Part shown: one piece after another, positions 11,708 through 23,852 of the stretch
Layout of the letters: each line of letters begins with the position of its first letter
How positions within the stretch are numbered: position 1 is the first letter of the stretch
NCBI GenBank assembly: GCA_052426225.1
Contig: JBNJNM010000015.1
Coordinates: 1,054,001 to 1,118,000 of the forward strand
Source of the DNA: Zancudomyces culisetae HAW-14-8
Taxonomy: Eukaryota > Fungi > Kickxellomycota
Length of the DNA: 64,000 nucleotides
Direction of reading: 5' to 3'
The notes under the pieces: model-generated
What the model was told of the DNA's origin: nothing
The model's input: only the letters and a program-made list of their open reading frames with translations
Database searches by the model: none
Position numbers and translations under genes: made by a program

Positions 11708-13517
11708 TTCTCTTGCAGGAATTGTTTTTTTCCTCTAATTTAGCTTGTTCTCCATATAATACTCCCCTATTGTAGTAGGCTGCAGAAAAGTTCTATATGC
11801 TAAAGTAAACACTAGCCTCGCCAAGAGTAATAAAAATTATAGAAATAAACCCGCAAATATAGCTGGAGTATAATAGTTAATTGTTGGGGGGGTATTATGT
11901 AATAACACTTTTTTGTTTTTTTTTTTGCTTTTTCTTTGTGCACTACGAGTTCATCAACTTTTGAATAGCGAAGATTTCCATTAATAAAAAAAAAGAAAAA
12001 TACGTAAATGAAAGAAAATTAATACGAAAATGCTGGATTACAAAGTGGCGTTTTAAACTTGTGTTCATGTTGCGTAGATGAAGTGTGCAATAGATGCTTT
12101 TTTTTTTGCAGGTTTATGTCCTGCCCTGCCCTGGTACACATAGTTAGTGTTTTGTTGGTTTGGTTGCCAGGTTTTTGTTTGTCTTTTTCTTTTTTTTTGC
12201 TTTTTAAGGACAAGGTGGAAAAGTATACAAGACAATAATGTTTTAGACCAGCAAGAAGCCTAAAATTAATTCGCTGAACCTTCTCCCCCTTTGATCTATT
12301 ATTTTTATGCGTACATGAGCTCAAACTTTGTCTCATGTACCAGTTATTTTTTCTTTATTGAGACCCAAAAATAAAAACAAGTGGATGAGAATTTGACAAC
12401 TACTATATATAAAATATATATATTTATCTCATTTCAAAAAGCACTTTGTGACAAGATGTACTCCATAGCCAATTAGCCTAAAAGAAGCTTGCGAGGTATT
12501 TTATTTTATTATATTATATTATATTACATTATATTTTTTATATTATTTGTATTAGTTGAAAAATGAAAAATATGAAAAATAAAAAAGCCCATCATAATAA
12601 TGAACATGAAAAGCTAAAGGCACAACAAACTTCAAAACTAGTGCCAGCAAACTTGGGGATTAATATCTATGAAATTTGGTTGCTTCAAGACAATGAATCC
12701 CACTGTATCATCCCTCCCTCCTCTCCACCCTCTTTATTTGAAAAAATAGAACCATGAATTGTAGGGATGGCAACTACCGAGTGATAGGGTCTTTTTTTTT
12801 TCCGTATGTGTGTTATTATAATTTCTTTGAAATTTGCTTGGTACATAAACCTCGTTCATTCCAAGTTTAAAAATATATATTCTCTCAAGTTCACGTATTT
12901 ACTTTCTCTCTGGAGAAACAATCCAGAACAGAGCAGTCCGACATAGCGAAAAAATTGATTACACATAGGACCATCCACCTTATTATCTATTTTATTTTTG
13001 AGTGGATATCAGATAGGCGTTCATAAAATACAAAACAAACAACAGTTAGGATTCATGGCTGTTTACAGCTGTTTACATGAACGTATCCAAATGTTAAACT
13101 TTGATTGAATAACTTTCTAAAAAGAATATCACTACTACTTACTATCACACTGAGCGAATTTCAGGACTTGAAGTTTATTTAACACATTGCAAGCTGGGAG
13201 GCATAAAAATCGCAATAAACAACAAAAGAGTATAATGTAAAATTATGGATATTTTTCAGTGATAAAAAGGCATAAAGTATCAAGAATTCATAACAACACT
13301 CCTTTTTTTAAAACAGTGAAATATTGATGTAATATCGATTTTTATAGTAGCACTATAAAAAAGTTTCTATTAAGATGCAATAGATAGAACTTGAAAAGGG
13401 TGAAAATTAAACGTACAAATTTTAAAACAAAACCTAAAAAACCAACAGCGTTCAAAGTACATCCCCCATGACTGTTTGGATGAGTACAACACAGGTAAAT
13501 AATAAAAATATCTAGTG

Positions 13518-14975
13518 TCACAAAATATATCTGAAACTTGGGTGGAAATCATGCAGATCTCTTTGCTCTTCTGTAGACAGATGTGATACATCTTTACAAT
13601 TTTTATCTCTATTTTTGTTTACACGATCCAGATATATTCGCAAAGCAATAGTTAGCAACGTAGAGCAGCCATATAAACCAAAGGCTACGGCGTATCCAGA
13701 AGTATATTTTGGAGCCAGATTAGGTGTAAAAAGGTATGGTGTTAGAACCCCGGTCAAGGATCCAACCATAACATAAAATGCTGATTGGATGGCTCGTTTT
13801 TGAGTGCTACCTGAATTTACCGACATCCAACTCATAGCAATGGGAATTACAGAATACATTGAAATACCAAGTGTAAATAGAAACACCAGTCTTAGATACT
13901 TGTCTTTGGCAAAACCGACTATCGCAAGACAGACAATTGATACCAGGTCGATAATTAGAATTCTTATCCAATACGGATACTTGGAGATTAAGAATGCGCA
14001 TACCAACGAACTAATAGTCCCGAGTATTGCGGGTCCGCTGGTTAAGAAGGTTGATGTTGCGCTGGAAAACCCAAGAGATTTTATGATGGTTGGTCCAACG
14101 AATCCAACTATAATCAGCACGTTGTTTTTCGCAGCCCCTATAATACAAAACGCCCATACTTTCCAATCCAAGGTGGTGGAAATGATCGTTTTTAGTGTAA
14201 TAACCGCTTTTTGAGCACTCCCTTGACTCGAAACCAACCTCTTGACAACAACATCTCTTTCTGCAGATGTCAAAAACTTTGCTGTTTCGGGATAATCCTC
14301 GATAACGAATATCGATATTATACCTACAATAAGTGTTATTAACCCTCCAAAGATAAATATAGCCTGATAAGGTTGTAAGCTTCCAATTTTGATAAGAACA
14401 ATTGCCCCGTACAATAAGTTGACAATTCCAGCAGCAGGAAGTGCTGAAAACATGATAGACATTCTAGGTCCTAGCTCTTCGCGTGTGTACCAGTATCCCA
14501 TGTACATGATAAGACCTGGTGTAAACCCAGCTTCAAATGCCCCAAGTAAAACTCTAAGAACTACAGCCTGTGTCGCATTTTTTGCAGCAGCGATACACAT
14601 GCACGTAATAGACCAAGCTATACACGTGAATGGAAACCAAATAGAGGGTCTGAGCTTCTTGAGAAAAATGTTTGCAAGTGGCTCCATAGATACATATGTG
14701 ATAAAGAACAGTGAATTGAGATTGCCTTCATCAACTGGCTTAAGGTTTAGTGCTGGTCTCATTCCATTGATCAGGGCGGTTCCAAGATTTATTCTATCCA
14801 TAGCTCCGGCAAGATACAGTAAGTACATGATGGGGAAAATCTTGATATCTATCTTTTTGAGTACTTTTTTAAGAATGACCTGTTCCTCTTGTGTTAGTAT
14901 CAACTGCCTGTTTACTCTATCATCTTTTGGGTGGGTATCACTGTGGTTGGTAGGCCCCCCTTCTTTATCCTCCAT
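13518..14975 (-). CDS. MFS transporter, Dal5/Tna1 (anion:cation symporter) family
   Basis: About 12 hydrophobic segments; motifs KIDIKIFP, DRINLG, FEAGFTPG..WYTREELGPR, YPETAKFLT and C-terminal FRY. Confidence 0.93.
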   Translation of the reverse strand: MEDKEGGPTNHSDTHPKDDRVNRQLILTQEEQVILKKVLKKIDIKIFPIMYLLYLAGAMDRINLGTALINGMRPALNLKPVDEGNLNSLFFITYVSMEPLANIFLKKLRPSIWFPFTCIAWSITCMCIAAAKNATQAVVLRVLLGAFEAGFTPGLIMYMGYWYTREELGPRMSIMFSALPAAGIVNLLYGAIVLIKIGSLQPYQAIFIFGGLITLIVGIISIFVIEDYPETAKFLTSAERDVVVKRLVSSQGSAQKAVITLKTIISTTLDWKVWAFCIIGAAKNNVLIIVGFVGPTIIKSLGFSSATSTFLTSGPAILGTISSLVCAFLISKYPYWIRILIIDLVSIVCLAIVGFAKDKYLRLVFLFTLGISMYSVIPIAMSWMSVNSGSTQKRAIQSAFYVMVGSLTGVLTPYLFTPNLAPKYTSGYAVAFGLYGCSTLLTIALRIYLDRVNKNRDKNCKDVSHLSTEEQRDLHDFHPSFRYIL

Positions 14976-15086
14976 ATTAACTAGATATTATACTGTAAGT
15001 AATGAAAATATATATGGAATGTGGCACATATACTATTCCTAAAAGAAAATCAATCATTTTAGCGATTTGGATTGCAACCTTTATCC

Positions 15087-15097
15087 CTTTTATATGA
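15087..15097 (-). promoter_or_regulatory. Extended TATA box TCATATAAAAG upstream of MFS gene
   Basis: Lies ~112 nt upstream of the ATG at 14975, in sense orientation. Confidence 0.55.
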
Positions 15098-16110
15098 GAA
15101 ATTGAGGTGAACTACAGTGTAAAACGTGTTTTCAACAAGGTTGGCATTTCGGGGAGTAGAAAGAATTAGTAATGTCATTCAAATTTGATTGATAGATTTT
15201 ATCTTGTACAACTTTTATTCGCAAAGACGGCAGATTTGAGCATGAATAGTGATGACAATCATCCAAAGCTGGAAGGTAGAGTGAATAATATATACTTGGG
15301 AGCTAGGTTTGGTGATAACTGTGTTTTGATTTATGGAGTAAAGGTTGAAAAAAAAATTTTTTTTGGATTAGGTAAACTGTGAGTCAGATAGATTTAAAAA
15401 TCCTGAATTTAATTGACTAGAACATTGACAGCTAAGCATAGTGTTCTTTTTCAGTAGACTAAAAGTATTAACAAAGCCCTGGTGTAAAGATATTGGAACG
15501 GGTATCTAAGTTTGAACTGGAAGAATCTTAAATCTATATTACTACATAGATAAAACAAGAACAAGACAAAAAAAACAGCAATAATAATATCAGGTTGGTA
15601 TCCAGCCAATTGGCGATGTGTTCATTACATTCTAATGCTTTCGCAAAACGGAACATCCTGATGTTTTTTTTTCCCCTCCAAATTATGTAGTCTTAGCGGA
15701 GTATGATCTGTTTAGCACTAACAGAATTTTTATGGTTTTCTTGTTACTGTTCAATGACTTGATAAATAAACATTACATAAAACTACAAAAAATACAATCC
15801 TACACAATATATATCTGACAAATAACTCTTAGACTTCAAAACCTTCACAAGTTTACTATAATAAATGTAAATTAACCTAACACTAAATGTTGGTCATAAT
15901 TCTTGTCTGTTCTATCTATGTGTCTATCCTGACATTTAATGGCCAAACATGGAGGTATAACTTTAATCAACTCTAGTAAAGAATTTTCTATTAACCTAAT
16001 ATTCCAGAGATTATGATTTATTACCTTAACTACGAGCAAACAAAATTGAAAATCAACAAAAAATGAAGTTAATGTGTTAAAATGATGTAGTAAGTAATAT
16101 AAATATGAAA

Positions 16111-16839
16111 TTAATATACCATAGTGGTATCAGCCGTGGATACTAAGAGTTGAGTGATAAATGTCTTGGTATCAGCTAAAAGTTGTGGGAAACATGATGA
16201 GATAACTAGTGTTGTTATTATTGCTGTAGTTGGGTATGCTTTGGAAGTAGTAGTAATTGTAGCACATGAAACATATGTAGTGATGGTTTTGTTAGTATAA
16301 GTTGATTATCCAGTGGTTGGCGCAATCATTGATTATAAATAATGATTTATATGATGATAGTGTATTCTTTCAAGCCAGTAAATAATAAATTCAATAAATT
16401 TGCGGAGGAGGGCTATTAAATTTTGAAGCCATTTTGGGGATTCATATCAATATACCCAAACCGAATCAAGCAAGTAGAGCATGGAAATCCTTCGTGGACA
16501 TATTAGCTGATATCGAAGCATCAAGTGAAACACTGAGTTTGTTCAGAGTGGATACTCCTGGTAATCCGAGACAATTCAATATAGAAAGAAACGGCTCAAA
16601 GTGAAAACAGGCGTTGGCGTTTCAGGAATAAAAGTTCTGGTGATTGTGGCACCAGGAAATGTGGTTCCAGGAATTGTTATAGCTTCCACAGCAGCCTGTC
16701 TGAGAAACAGCCAGACTGTTTCTCTGTTGTGGAGGTTTTCAATGTTACAAACTGCTCTTTTTCTTTGTACTCCTTCAGCAAATATTGAAGAAGTAAGGAC
16801 TACAATGTATAAAGTACCTTATGATGTGTTTACCTTCAT
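16111..16839 (-). pseudogene. Decayed gene for a secreted Thr/Pro-rich protein
   Basis: ATG at 16839 reads MKVNTS*GTLYIVVLTSSIFAEGVQRKRAVC...AITIPGTTFPGATITRTFIPETPTP. This gives a signal-peptide-like start with TAA at codon 7, a KR site, and Thr-rich tracts with further stops. TATA box at 16933-16943. The 3' end is approximate. Confidence 0.5.
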
Positions 16840-18624
16840 TATAACTTGGTTCTTTTATCATGTACTAAAAAGGAAATAATGAGCGAGCTTTTATAATGAC
16901 ATCTTTCTTGAGGACTGTAATCCCTTTTCTTCCTTTTATATGAACATTCAAGTTCTATATCCCTAGATATACGTCATTTAATTACATTAGCTTTCAAGTG
17001 GTATCATGAAACGATTATTATTATTTGGTATTTGGCAAAAAGTAGCCCAAATCGATATGTTCATCGCATGTCATAATTTTTTGCTTTTTATCAAAAACCA
17101 TCAAACATTTTGCTCCAACGACTCCTCTTTGGTGTTTTTAGTATTTTTCGTAAGGAAATAGACGGTTTCAGCTTTTTAAACGGCGTTTTTCAAATATTAT
17201 GTACTTTTCTTGACATATCTAGACAAATCTAATGCCAGTGATTACGCCAAATACTATGGGTTATATCTTTCATAACCAAACATCAGAACCTTTTGCACTG
17301 ATTCGAATGGGTTCGCTTTTGGACCCAAGAACAAAAATTCGATAATAAGATATACACGCATAACTCCTAGTTAATATTTTGCAAGATGCTTGTTCACATC
17401 TAAACTTTTCATTTTTTAATATTTCCACTTCTTATAACAAAAAGTATGACAAAAAACTGACTTAATACAATAAAATTGATAGCAAACCCAGGTTATATCT
17501 GCTAAAACCCAATTAGGACTTTAAATAATGTCCTAAATTTTTATTACGAATTTATAAAGAAAATAAACGTAAATCGCTTCAGAATAATTCTCACCCAACA
17601 CCTTTACATTTGGGAATGAAGCGGTAGTAACGTTAATGGCCTTGGTGATTGCTCCATGTTTTTAACTTGAATAATATTGTCATGTGCGACTTGCTCTGTA
17701 GCTTTATTTCTCAAACTTTATTTGCTAAACCCTCTAGGTCTAATGAGTGAGAATCCTCCGTCTAGGTTCCCAGGCATTTTCTTTTCTTGCCTATTTCATT
17801 TCAATGACTTATCCAATTTGTGTTCATATTTAAATGAATTAAATTTTCGGTTATAATAATATTCACGTTGATTAATTTATATTACTTTATTAATATTGCG
17901 AGATAGAGCAATGAAAATGTATTGTTTCAGGGACATATTTTCAATGGTTGTGTTTTAGTCACAATATCATTATTAATTGTTAAAACTACTGGGATTAAAT
18001 GGAACGCAACACCGTAATTTTTAATAGGTTTTTCGGAGATAGATTCTATGCACGATTTTTTCTCGTAACATTGAAAAAATGTTGTGCTACTCTGCATTGG
18101 TAATATATGACACAGATTAAAGAAATATGTGGAAAAAATGATAAAAAGAATCTATAGTTTAAGAAGTTGAGAGCTTGAGGAGTGGTCATTTTGAGGTCTA
18201 GAGTTGATATTATACACCTAGGTTTCGCTTTCAACTGTTTGTTTGATCCTAGCATTTGATTAATCTCTGCAAGGCTAATTAGATGTTCTTTATATTTTTT
18301 TTGCTCGATGTGTCCGTTAAACAGATACTACTTAAAACTAAAAAAAATAACCCTACACAATATCTACCTAGAAAGCTCCTCAACACTTTTCTCTCCACTT
18401 TCTCAATTTGACACTCTGAAAATTGTTCCAGAAACTAAAATGAACTGCAGCCCATCTTGTACGGTCCAGAGGAATGTTTTCAATTGTTTCTTGCATTTAA
18501 AACCCAGAAATTATTGATTAAAAAGATGTTGAGTGCCTTATGCCACTTTACACTACTACTTTCACACCGCAAAGATATTTTCTCAAACAATTTGAATAGT
18601 CTAAATTTCCAAATTTTCAAATTC

Positions 18625-19932
18625 CTAACTTCCCGTGCCCATATTTTGACAAATGCTTAACAACTCGTTGTTATTTAGACCACTCGCAACCTTCATAATC
18701 GACACAGTATGCCCACTCATATCGGCACCATACTTTATTAACAGCTTGATCATCTCCACATTTTCATTATGGATTGCCTCCTTCAATCCATATTCCTCGA
18801 ATAGCACTAAATGTGGGTTTCTTTCTAACAAGAGTTTTAACATTTCCAGATTATTATTCTCGCAAACCTGAATCACTCCGCTCTCGCTTTCTCTTTTTGT
18901 ATTTTTCCCCTTCTCAAAAAGTAGCTTTAGAATCTCTATATTATTGCTCCTACAAGCGTAATATACGAAATCATATACATAATTTCCCAGTGTAGCCGGA
19001 TCCCTCAAAAGCAATTTAACTACCTCTAGATTGTTTTTCTCAATTGCGGACTGAAGTAAAGGTGAAGCACCAACAATATCAGGACAACAGTCCAGCATTA
19101 AATGCAAAGTTTCAATATCGTCTATATTGAAATACTTTAATTGAAGTGAGCAACTAAGTACCTCTGCACCATGCTGCAACAAAAGTCTGATCATATCAAC
19201 ATTATTTGTTTCGAGTGCCACATCTACAATACTCGAGTTGTTCTTAACGCTTAGACCATTCTTCAAAAGCAACTTCACCACCTCAATGTTTCCTACTTGT
19301 ACGGCAAACATCAGTATTTTATAATCACTATTGAGATCGATGTTGTAAGTTAGTAGTATTTTCAGTATTTCAATATTATCTGTTTTGATTGTCTTTACTG
19401 CTTCCAAAAAATCAATATTTTGGATAGGTTCACCCCTTTCAAGTAAGGTTTTAGTAATCCAGTATTCTTCAAAACAATTGGAGCTTTCAATGTTCAAAAA
19501 CGATTCAGTTAGTACTTTTCCTCTACCCTTCATATCTATATTTTCTCTTTTTTTCAATACTCCTAAACTATCGTAATACTCAAGTATCATTTTTACCAAT
19601 CCAATATCTTCAATCATACACGCATACTCTAGCTGATAATGACAAGTACCATCTATAGCAGCATTGTTATCTAAAAGATACTTTAATGTTCTTCTGATAC
19701 CCAACCTACATGCAATCCTAACTCCATTTCGTTTTGGATCACTTAAATCCATTCCATCATCTACCAATAATTTAACTATATCAAAGCTACCCAACAAACA
19801 TGCCATGTTAATATACAAATATCTTGAGTTCTTTGGTACTACACCTCCATTCTTGATCCAGTGTTTTAACACTTCAACTTTATCTGATTTACACGCTTCT
19901 TCAAACCCATCCGATTCTCCTTCCAATTTCAT
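18625..19932 (-). CDS. Ankyrin-repeat protein, C-terminal ORF
   Basis: About 10 repeats, e.g. ACLLGSFDIVKLLVDDG, AVQVGNIEVVKLLLKNG and AIHNENVEMIKLLIKYGAD. Confidence 0.75.
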   Translation of the reverse strand: MKLEGESDGFEEACKSDKVEVLKHWIKNGGVVPKNSRYLYINMACLLGSFDIVKLLVDDGMDLSDPKRNGVRIACRLGIRRTLKYLLDNNAAIDGTCHYQLEYACMIEDIGLVKMILEYYDSLGVLKKRENIDMKGRGKVLTESFLNIESSNCFEEYWITKTLLERGEPIQNIDFLEAVKTIKTDNIEILKILLTYNIDLNSDYKILMFAVQVGNIEVVKLLLKNGLSVKNNSSIVDVALETNNVDMIRLLLQHGAEVLSCSLQLKYFNIDDIETLHLMLDCCPDIVGASPLLQSAIEKNNLEVVKLLLRDPATLGNYVYDFVYYACRSNNIEILKLLFEKGKNTKRESESGVIQVCENNNLEMLKLLLERNPHLVLFEEYGLKEAIHNENVEMIKLLIKYGADMSGHTVSIMKVASGLNNNELLSICQNMGTGS

Positions 19933-19977
19933 ACCTTTACTGATAAAATAATCTATCCAGCAAATATCGCCTGCCTT

Positions 19978-21969
19978 TTACGCTGTTCTCAAGATCAAAC
20001 TACCATTAGCATTAGCATCCATTCCATACTCTATCAATAGTTTTAACTCTCCAAAGTTTCGGTTCACCAATTCTGATTTTGCTAGCTCATAATAATCATT
20101 AATTGACACTTCTACAATGTTTTTATCTTTAACATCGTTTTTTTCATCATACTCAGTGTCGTTGAGTGTGTTTTGCAGATTATTTTCTACAATATAATCA
20201 ATAATTTCAACTAATTTGTGATAATATGTCGTTTCATAGCTGAGCATAAAATAATAACAAAAAAGATTCTTGCAATATGAATGAATATGGATTGTCATAT
20301 TTTTACTACTTGAATTGATAATTTTCCTTAATTCTTCAAATCGATCCTCACTTTGAACTACATCCTCAGGTCCAGCACGCTCATTGATACAAGATAGCAC
20401 ATAATTTTGGCAAGCTTCAATAAGACACAGCATTGCTTTACTGTAGTTCAGCCCTTTCCCCTTCTTGACTTGGCTTTCTGGAGTTTTGGATTTATCTCTA
20501 TCTTCATTTGAAAACTCTAATAGTCGTTTTGCTATTTCACTATTTTCAATACTACACAGTCTTATAATATCATGTTGATCTAATATTTCAACAAAAGCAT
20601 GATTTTCTGATAACAACTGTAGCATTCGTATATCCATATTTTTACTTGCAATTCTTACTTCCTTAAACCCAGGTGATTTTACATCCACCCCGAATTCAAT
20701 TAGTAATTTGGCAATTCCGATATCTCCGATCTCCACTGCTTTCTCTAAACAAAAAATATTCACCGTGTTTGGGTATTTACTGATAATCTCTTGTACTAGC
20801 TCGTATTCTTTTTTATTTATAACTGCTTTAAGAGCACTTTTGTTCAAATCCCCCTTCAGCTCATCACGTTGGCTTAAAAGAAGCCTTATTAGATCGACAT
20901 TACCTTTTTCGAACGCCAAGCCTGTTATTTTCCTGATATTTTCAGAGTTTGATTTCACCTTGAAAATGTATTCTTTTACCAATCCATCTTTTCTATGGGC
21001 TATTGCTGCATCAAATAATATTTGTTGATAAATGTCACCATGATAGTTATCCTCAAGGAATTTCATCAACTCCTTCCTATTCTGATCAATTGAGTGATAT
21101 GAACATGTTATATAGACCAACAGTTCCATTTTAGTTTCATATTCATACATCTTGATAAAATGAGTTGGTATCCTCGAATTAAACCCTTCACTATACTCCT
21201 CTAGTAGTTCCAATTCCTGAAAAGTAAATTTTGTACTGATTTTTAAATTTAAAACTTGTTTCAGCAATTCAAGGTTGTTCATTTGGCAAATTGCATGTGC
21301 ACAACTCAGGATATAATATAAAATGACCTTGCTATCAATAAATCTAACATCTATCCCAACTGGACCTGCTATCTCTTTAGGAATCCTAATTTTACTACTG
21401 CAGATATCCATAAACATCTCAGCCCCCTCTTTTTCAAGTTTTATATCCAAATTGATTGTTATACTGAACAGTCCCAAGGTTGGATATATCCAACTTGAAG
21501 CTATCAGTGGTCTGAAATATAGAGTTTCGGATATCTTGATGTCTGCAAGTTCCTTCAGAAATTCGCTATCACCAAAGATTAAATCATCAATATCAATATC
21601 TAGGTATTCGTTCTCGTTCATAAACAAAGTACCTTTATATAAAATTGTAAAAGCGTTCCCATCAATCACTACGTACATCCTACGTAGTTTTCTCAGTACG
21701 TTTCTCCACTTGTAACGGAATGCCATATCTAGAAGTATTCTGTAGTCTAAGTGTTTGATTTTCCTAAATATCAGTATTACAACTGCCTCATTAGCTCTAA
21801 TTCTGGTGTAGCTCTCGAATATGGTTCTAGATCTTCGTTGGGATCTAATTCCTGTTTCTGATAAGACATATTGAAGAATATACTTGCTAATAGTGTTTAT
21901 CTGTTGCGAGGTATAGTGCATATTTTTGTTTAAAAGTGATAGTTGAGGGTTCTGAGCAAATACAAACAT
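19978..21969 (-). CDS. Ankyrin-repeat protein, N-terminal ORF
   Basis: Repeats such as AFEKGNVDLIRLLL, AVEIGDIGIAKLLIEFGVDV and ELKLLIEYGMDANA. Confidence 0.75.
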   Translation of the reverse strand: MFVFAQNPQLSLLNKNMHYTSQQINTISKYILQYVLSETGIRSQRRSRTIFESYTRIRANEAVVILIFRKIKHLDYRILLDMAFRYKWRNVLRKLRRMYVVIDGNAFTILYKGTLFMNENEYLDIDIDDLIFGDSEFLKELADIKISETLYFRPLIASSWIYPTLGLFSITINLDIKLEKEGAEMFMDICSSKIRIPKEIAGPVGIDVRFIDSKVILYYILSCAHAICQMNNLELLKQVLNLKISTKFTFQELELLEEYSEGFNSRIPTHFIKMYEYETKMELLVYITCSYHSIDQNRKELMKFLEDNYHGDIYQQILFDAAIAHRKDGLVKEYIFKVKSNSENIRKITGLAFEKGNVDLIRLLLSQRDELKGDLNKSALKAVINKKEYELVQEIISKYPNTVNIFCLEKAVEIGDIGIAKLLIEFGVDVKSPGFKEVRIASKNMDIRMLQLLSENHAFVEILDQHDIIRLCSIENSEIAKRLLEFSNEDRDKSKTPESQVKKGKGLNYSKAMLCLIEACQNYVLSCINERAGPEDVVQSEDRFEELRKIINSSSKNMTIHIHSYCKNLFCYYFMLSYETTYYHKLVEIIDYIVENNLQNTLNDTEYDEKNDVKDKNIVEVSINDYYELAKSELVNRNFGELKLLIEYGMDANANGSLILRTA

Positions 21970-22599
21970 GGTTGACAGGATACTTGTTGGAAGTTTGTTG
22001 AAAAGGTAGATATAAAATTTTTAAATATTTACAATAATGAAGTGTGTTGCCATTAGGTTATACAAGTTACAGATAGAGTTGATCAGCCACTTGTATAATT
22101 AGGAATTTCAAGAAATTAACTCAACTAATATCAACTTTATAACACATTTGTTTCTATGAGATATAATAATATGCAACATTACAATAAATTATTCAGCAAT
22201 GTTTATTGGTGCTTCGAGTTCCGGAATAGATTATAATCTAGTATAGCTTTGGTTGTATACTTGGAAATGGCTCCGAAAACTGATTTACAAAAATATACGC
22301 GAGTTGATTAACTCACAGTGGATTTAAAGCTGTATAAATTATTTTTTCTTTATCTAGTTGGTTAACACTAAATATCGAGCAATGGGAAATGATATATAGT
22401 TCTTGTATTATTATGATATAACAGGACTATGATTTAAGGTTTGGTTAATGTTTGGGATGTAAACAGGTAGAATTAATTTGATACTGATTAATAAGTTGGA
22501 ATTTACCTGATATTATCATTTAGGCAGTAAATGTATTATTAATACAAAATATCTTGTATAAACTCATAAGTTGTTGATTTTTATGAGTCTATGATGTAA

Positions 22600-23150
22600 A
22601 ATACACTGGGATGCGATATTAGTAATAATTCTGAATTAAGTGACACTATCTATAGTAAATGGCAGAATATGGAAGAGTAAATTGATATTTTGTATTGAAC
22701 ACACCTTTGGATATCTAGGTAAAATAGTATAAAATGTATAGAGTGAGGTTTACAATTTATTAGCTATTTAATATGAAACGATGTAAAAACACTGTATGCT
22801 AACGATTTATTGCTGGAAAATGCATGTAGCTCAAGAAATATTGAAATTCTGAAACACATGTTTTGCTGAGGTTGAAAGATACATGCGGATTCGATTAGTG
22901 AATGATTTTAGAATAGTCTGTGGACTCGAATATATTGAAGTAATTGAATTGTGGTATAGTATTTGTATAAAGAAGGCTATGAAATTAGCAATCTAGCGAA
23001 AATAAATATATATATTTAGTGTTTCGTTTTGCAGGAAATATCTAATTAGTTAAATTGCTGATTTAAAATGAAACCAACCTCCTCATGCAGTATAGTTTTA
23101 GGCATTATAATCGGAATCTAAATAATGTTGGAGATTAAGAAATTGTCGAT
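22600..23150 (+). pseudogene. Heavily degraded ankyrin-repeat relic
   Basis: 22801-22869 translates NDLLLENACSSRNIEILKHMFC*, resembling YYACRSNNIEILKLLF in the neighbouring gene. Flanks are stop-ridden; boundaries are approximate. Confidence 0.4.
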
Positions 23151-23852
23151 CCAATCTGGCTCAGATCCTGGAAACAACCTAGTAGAATCTACTAATCTAG
23201 CATAATTCATGCTGATCATAGGCTTCTACAGCTATTGATAAGATTCACTATGTTTTCGCTTCTATTCCCTAACCTAGAGTGACCAAGACAGCCTATATCG
23301 TACTCAAATATAAACACCACTGTTGTATAACTGTTTTGATAGTCCAAAATTATTATACTTTACTGAAAACACTTTTGATTGAGGTTTCTGGTATAGTCAA
23401 GTTGAGGTGATGGGTGTACACAACTAGGTATTGAATGACAATATATTATCCAACGCGAGTTTATCGATTTTAGTATTTTTCGTTATTATCATTTGACAGA
23501 CTATTGTTGAGATCTTTTATTCTTAATGAATCAAAATCGTCACAATTTAACACTAACATATTTCAAAACATATTAGTTATAGTACTTATTTATTTATTTC
23601 TAGAGAATAGAATAACCCTAAAACTATAATACTACACAGGTTAAGGTAAAATGCAAGAATATGCTAATAAATAATAATAAAAAAACATCAAGATCTCAGA
23701 GTAAAATGGTCTTGGTTTTATTACTAACTGTCTGTTCTTCTCACCAGTTACAAAAAAGTATGAATCTGTCAATGATACCAAGTTAAAAGTAGTGGATATC
23801 TCAACTACAAATACGTATTGTGGGACATATAGTATGACTACTCCACTAATTC

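Larger units (their letters stand above)
18625..22053 (-). pseudogene. F-box-like/ankyrin-repeat gene (~1140 codons) interrupted by two in-frame TAA stops
   Basis: ORFs 19978-21969 and 18625-19932 share a frame, and the reading LILRTA*KAGDICWIDYFISKGMKLE crosses one TAA inside an ankyrin repeat. An upstream in-frame ATG at 22053 gives MATHFIIVNI*KFYIYLFNKLPTSILSTMF. Confidence 0.7.

Noticed and set aside
16819-22023. Three in-frame TAA codons suggesting stop-codon reassignment
   Set aside because: RPS22, TANGO2, GDE1, CHS3 and the metallothionein all terminate normally at TAA.
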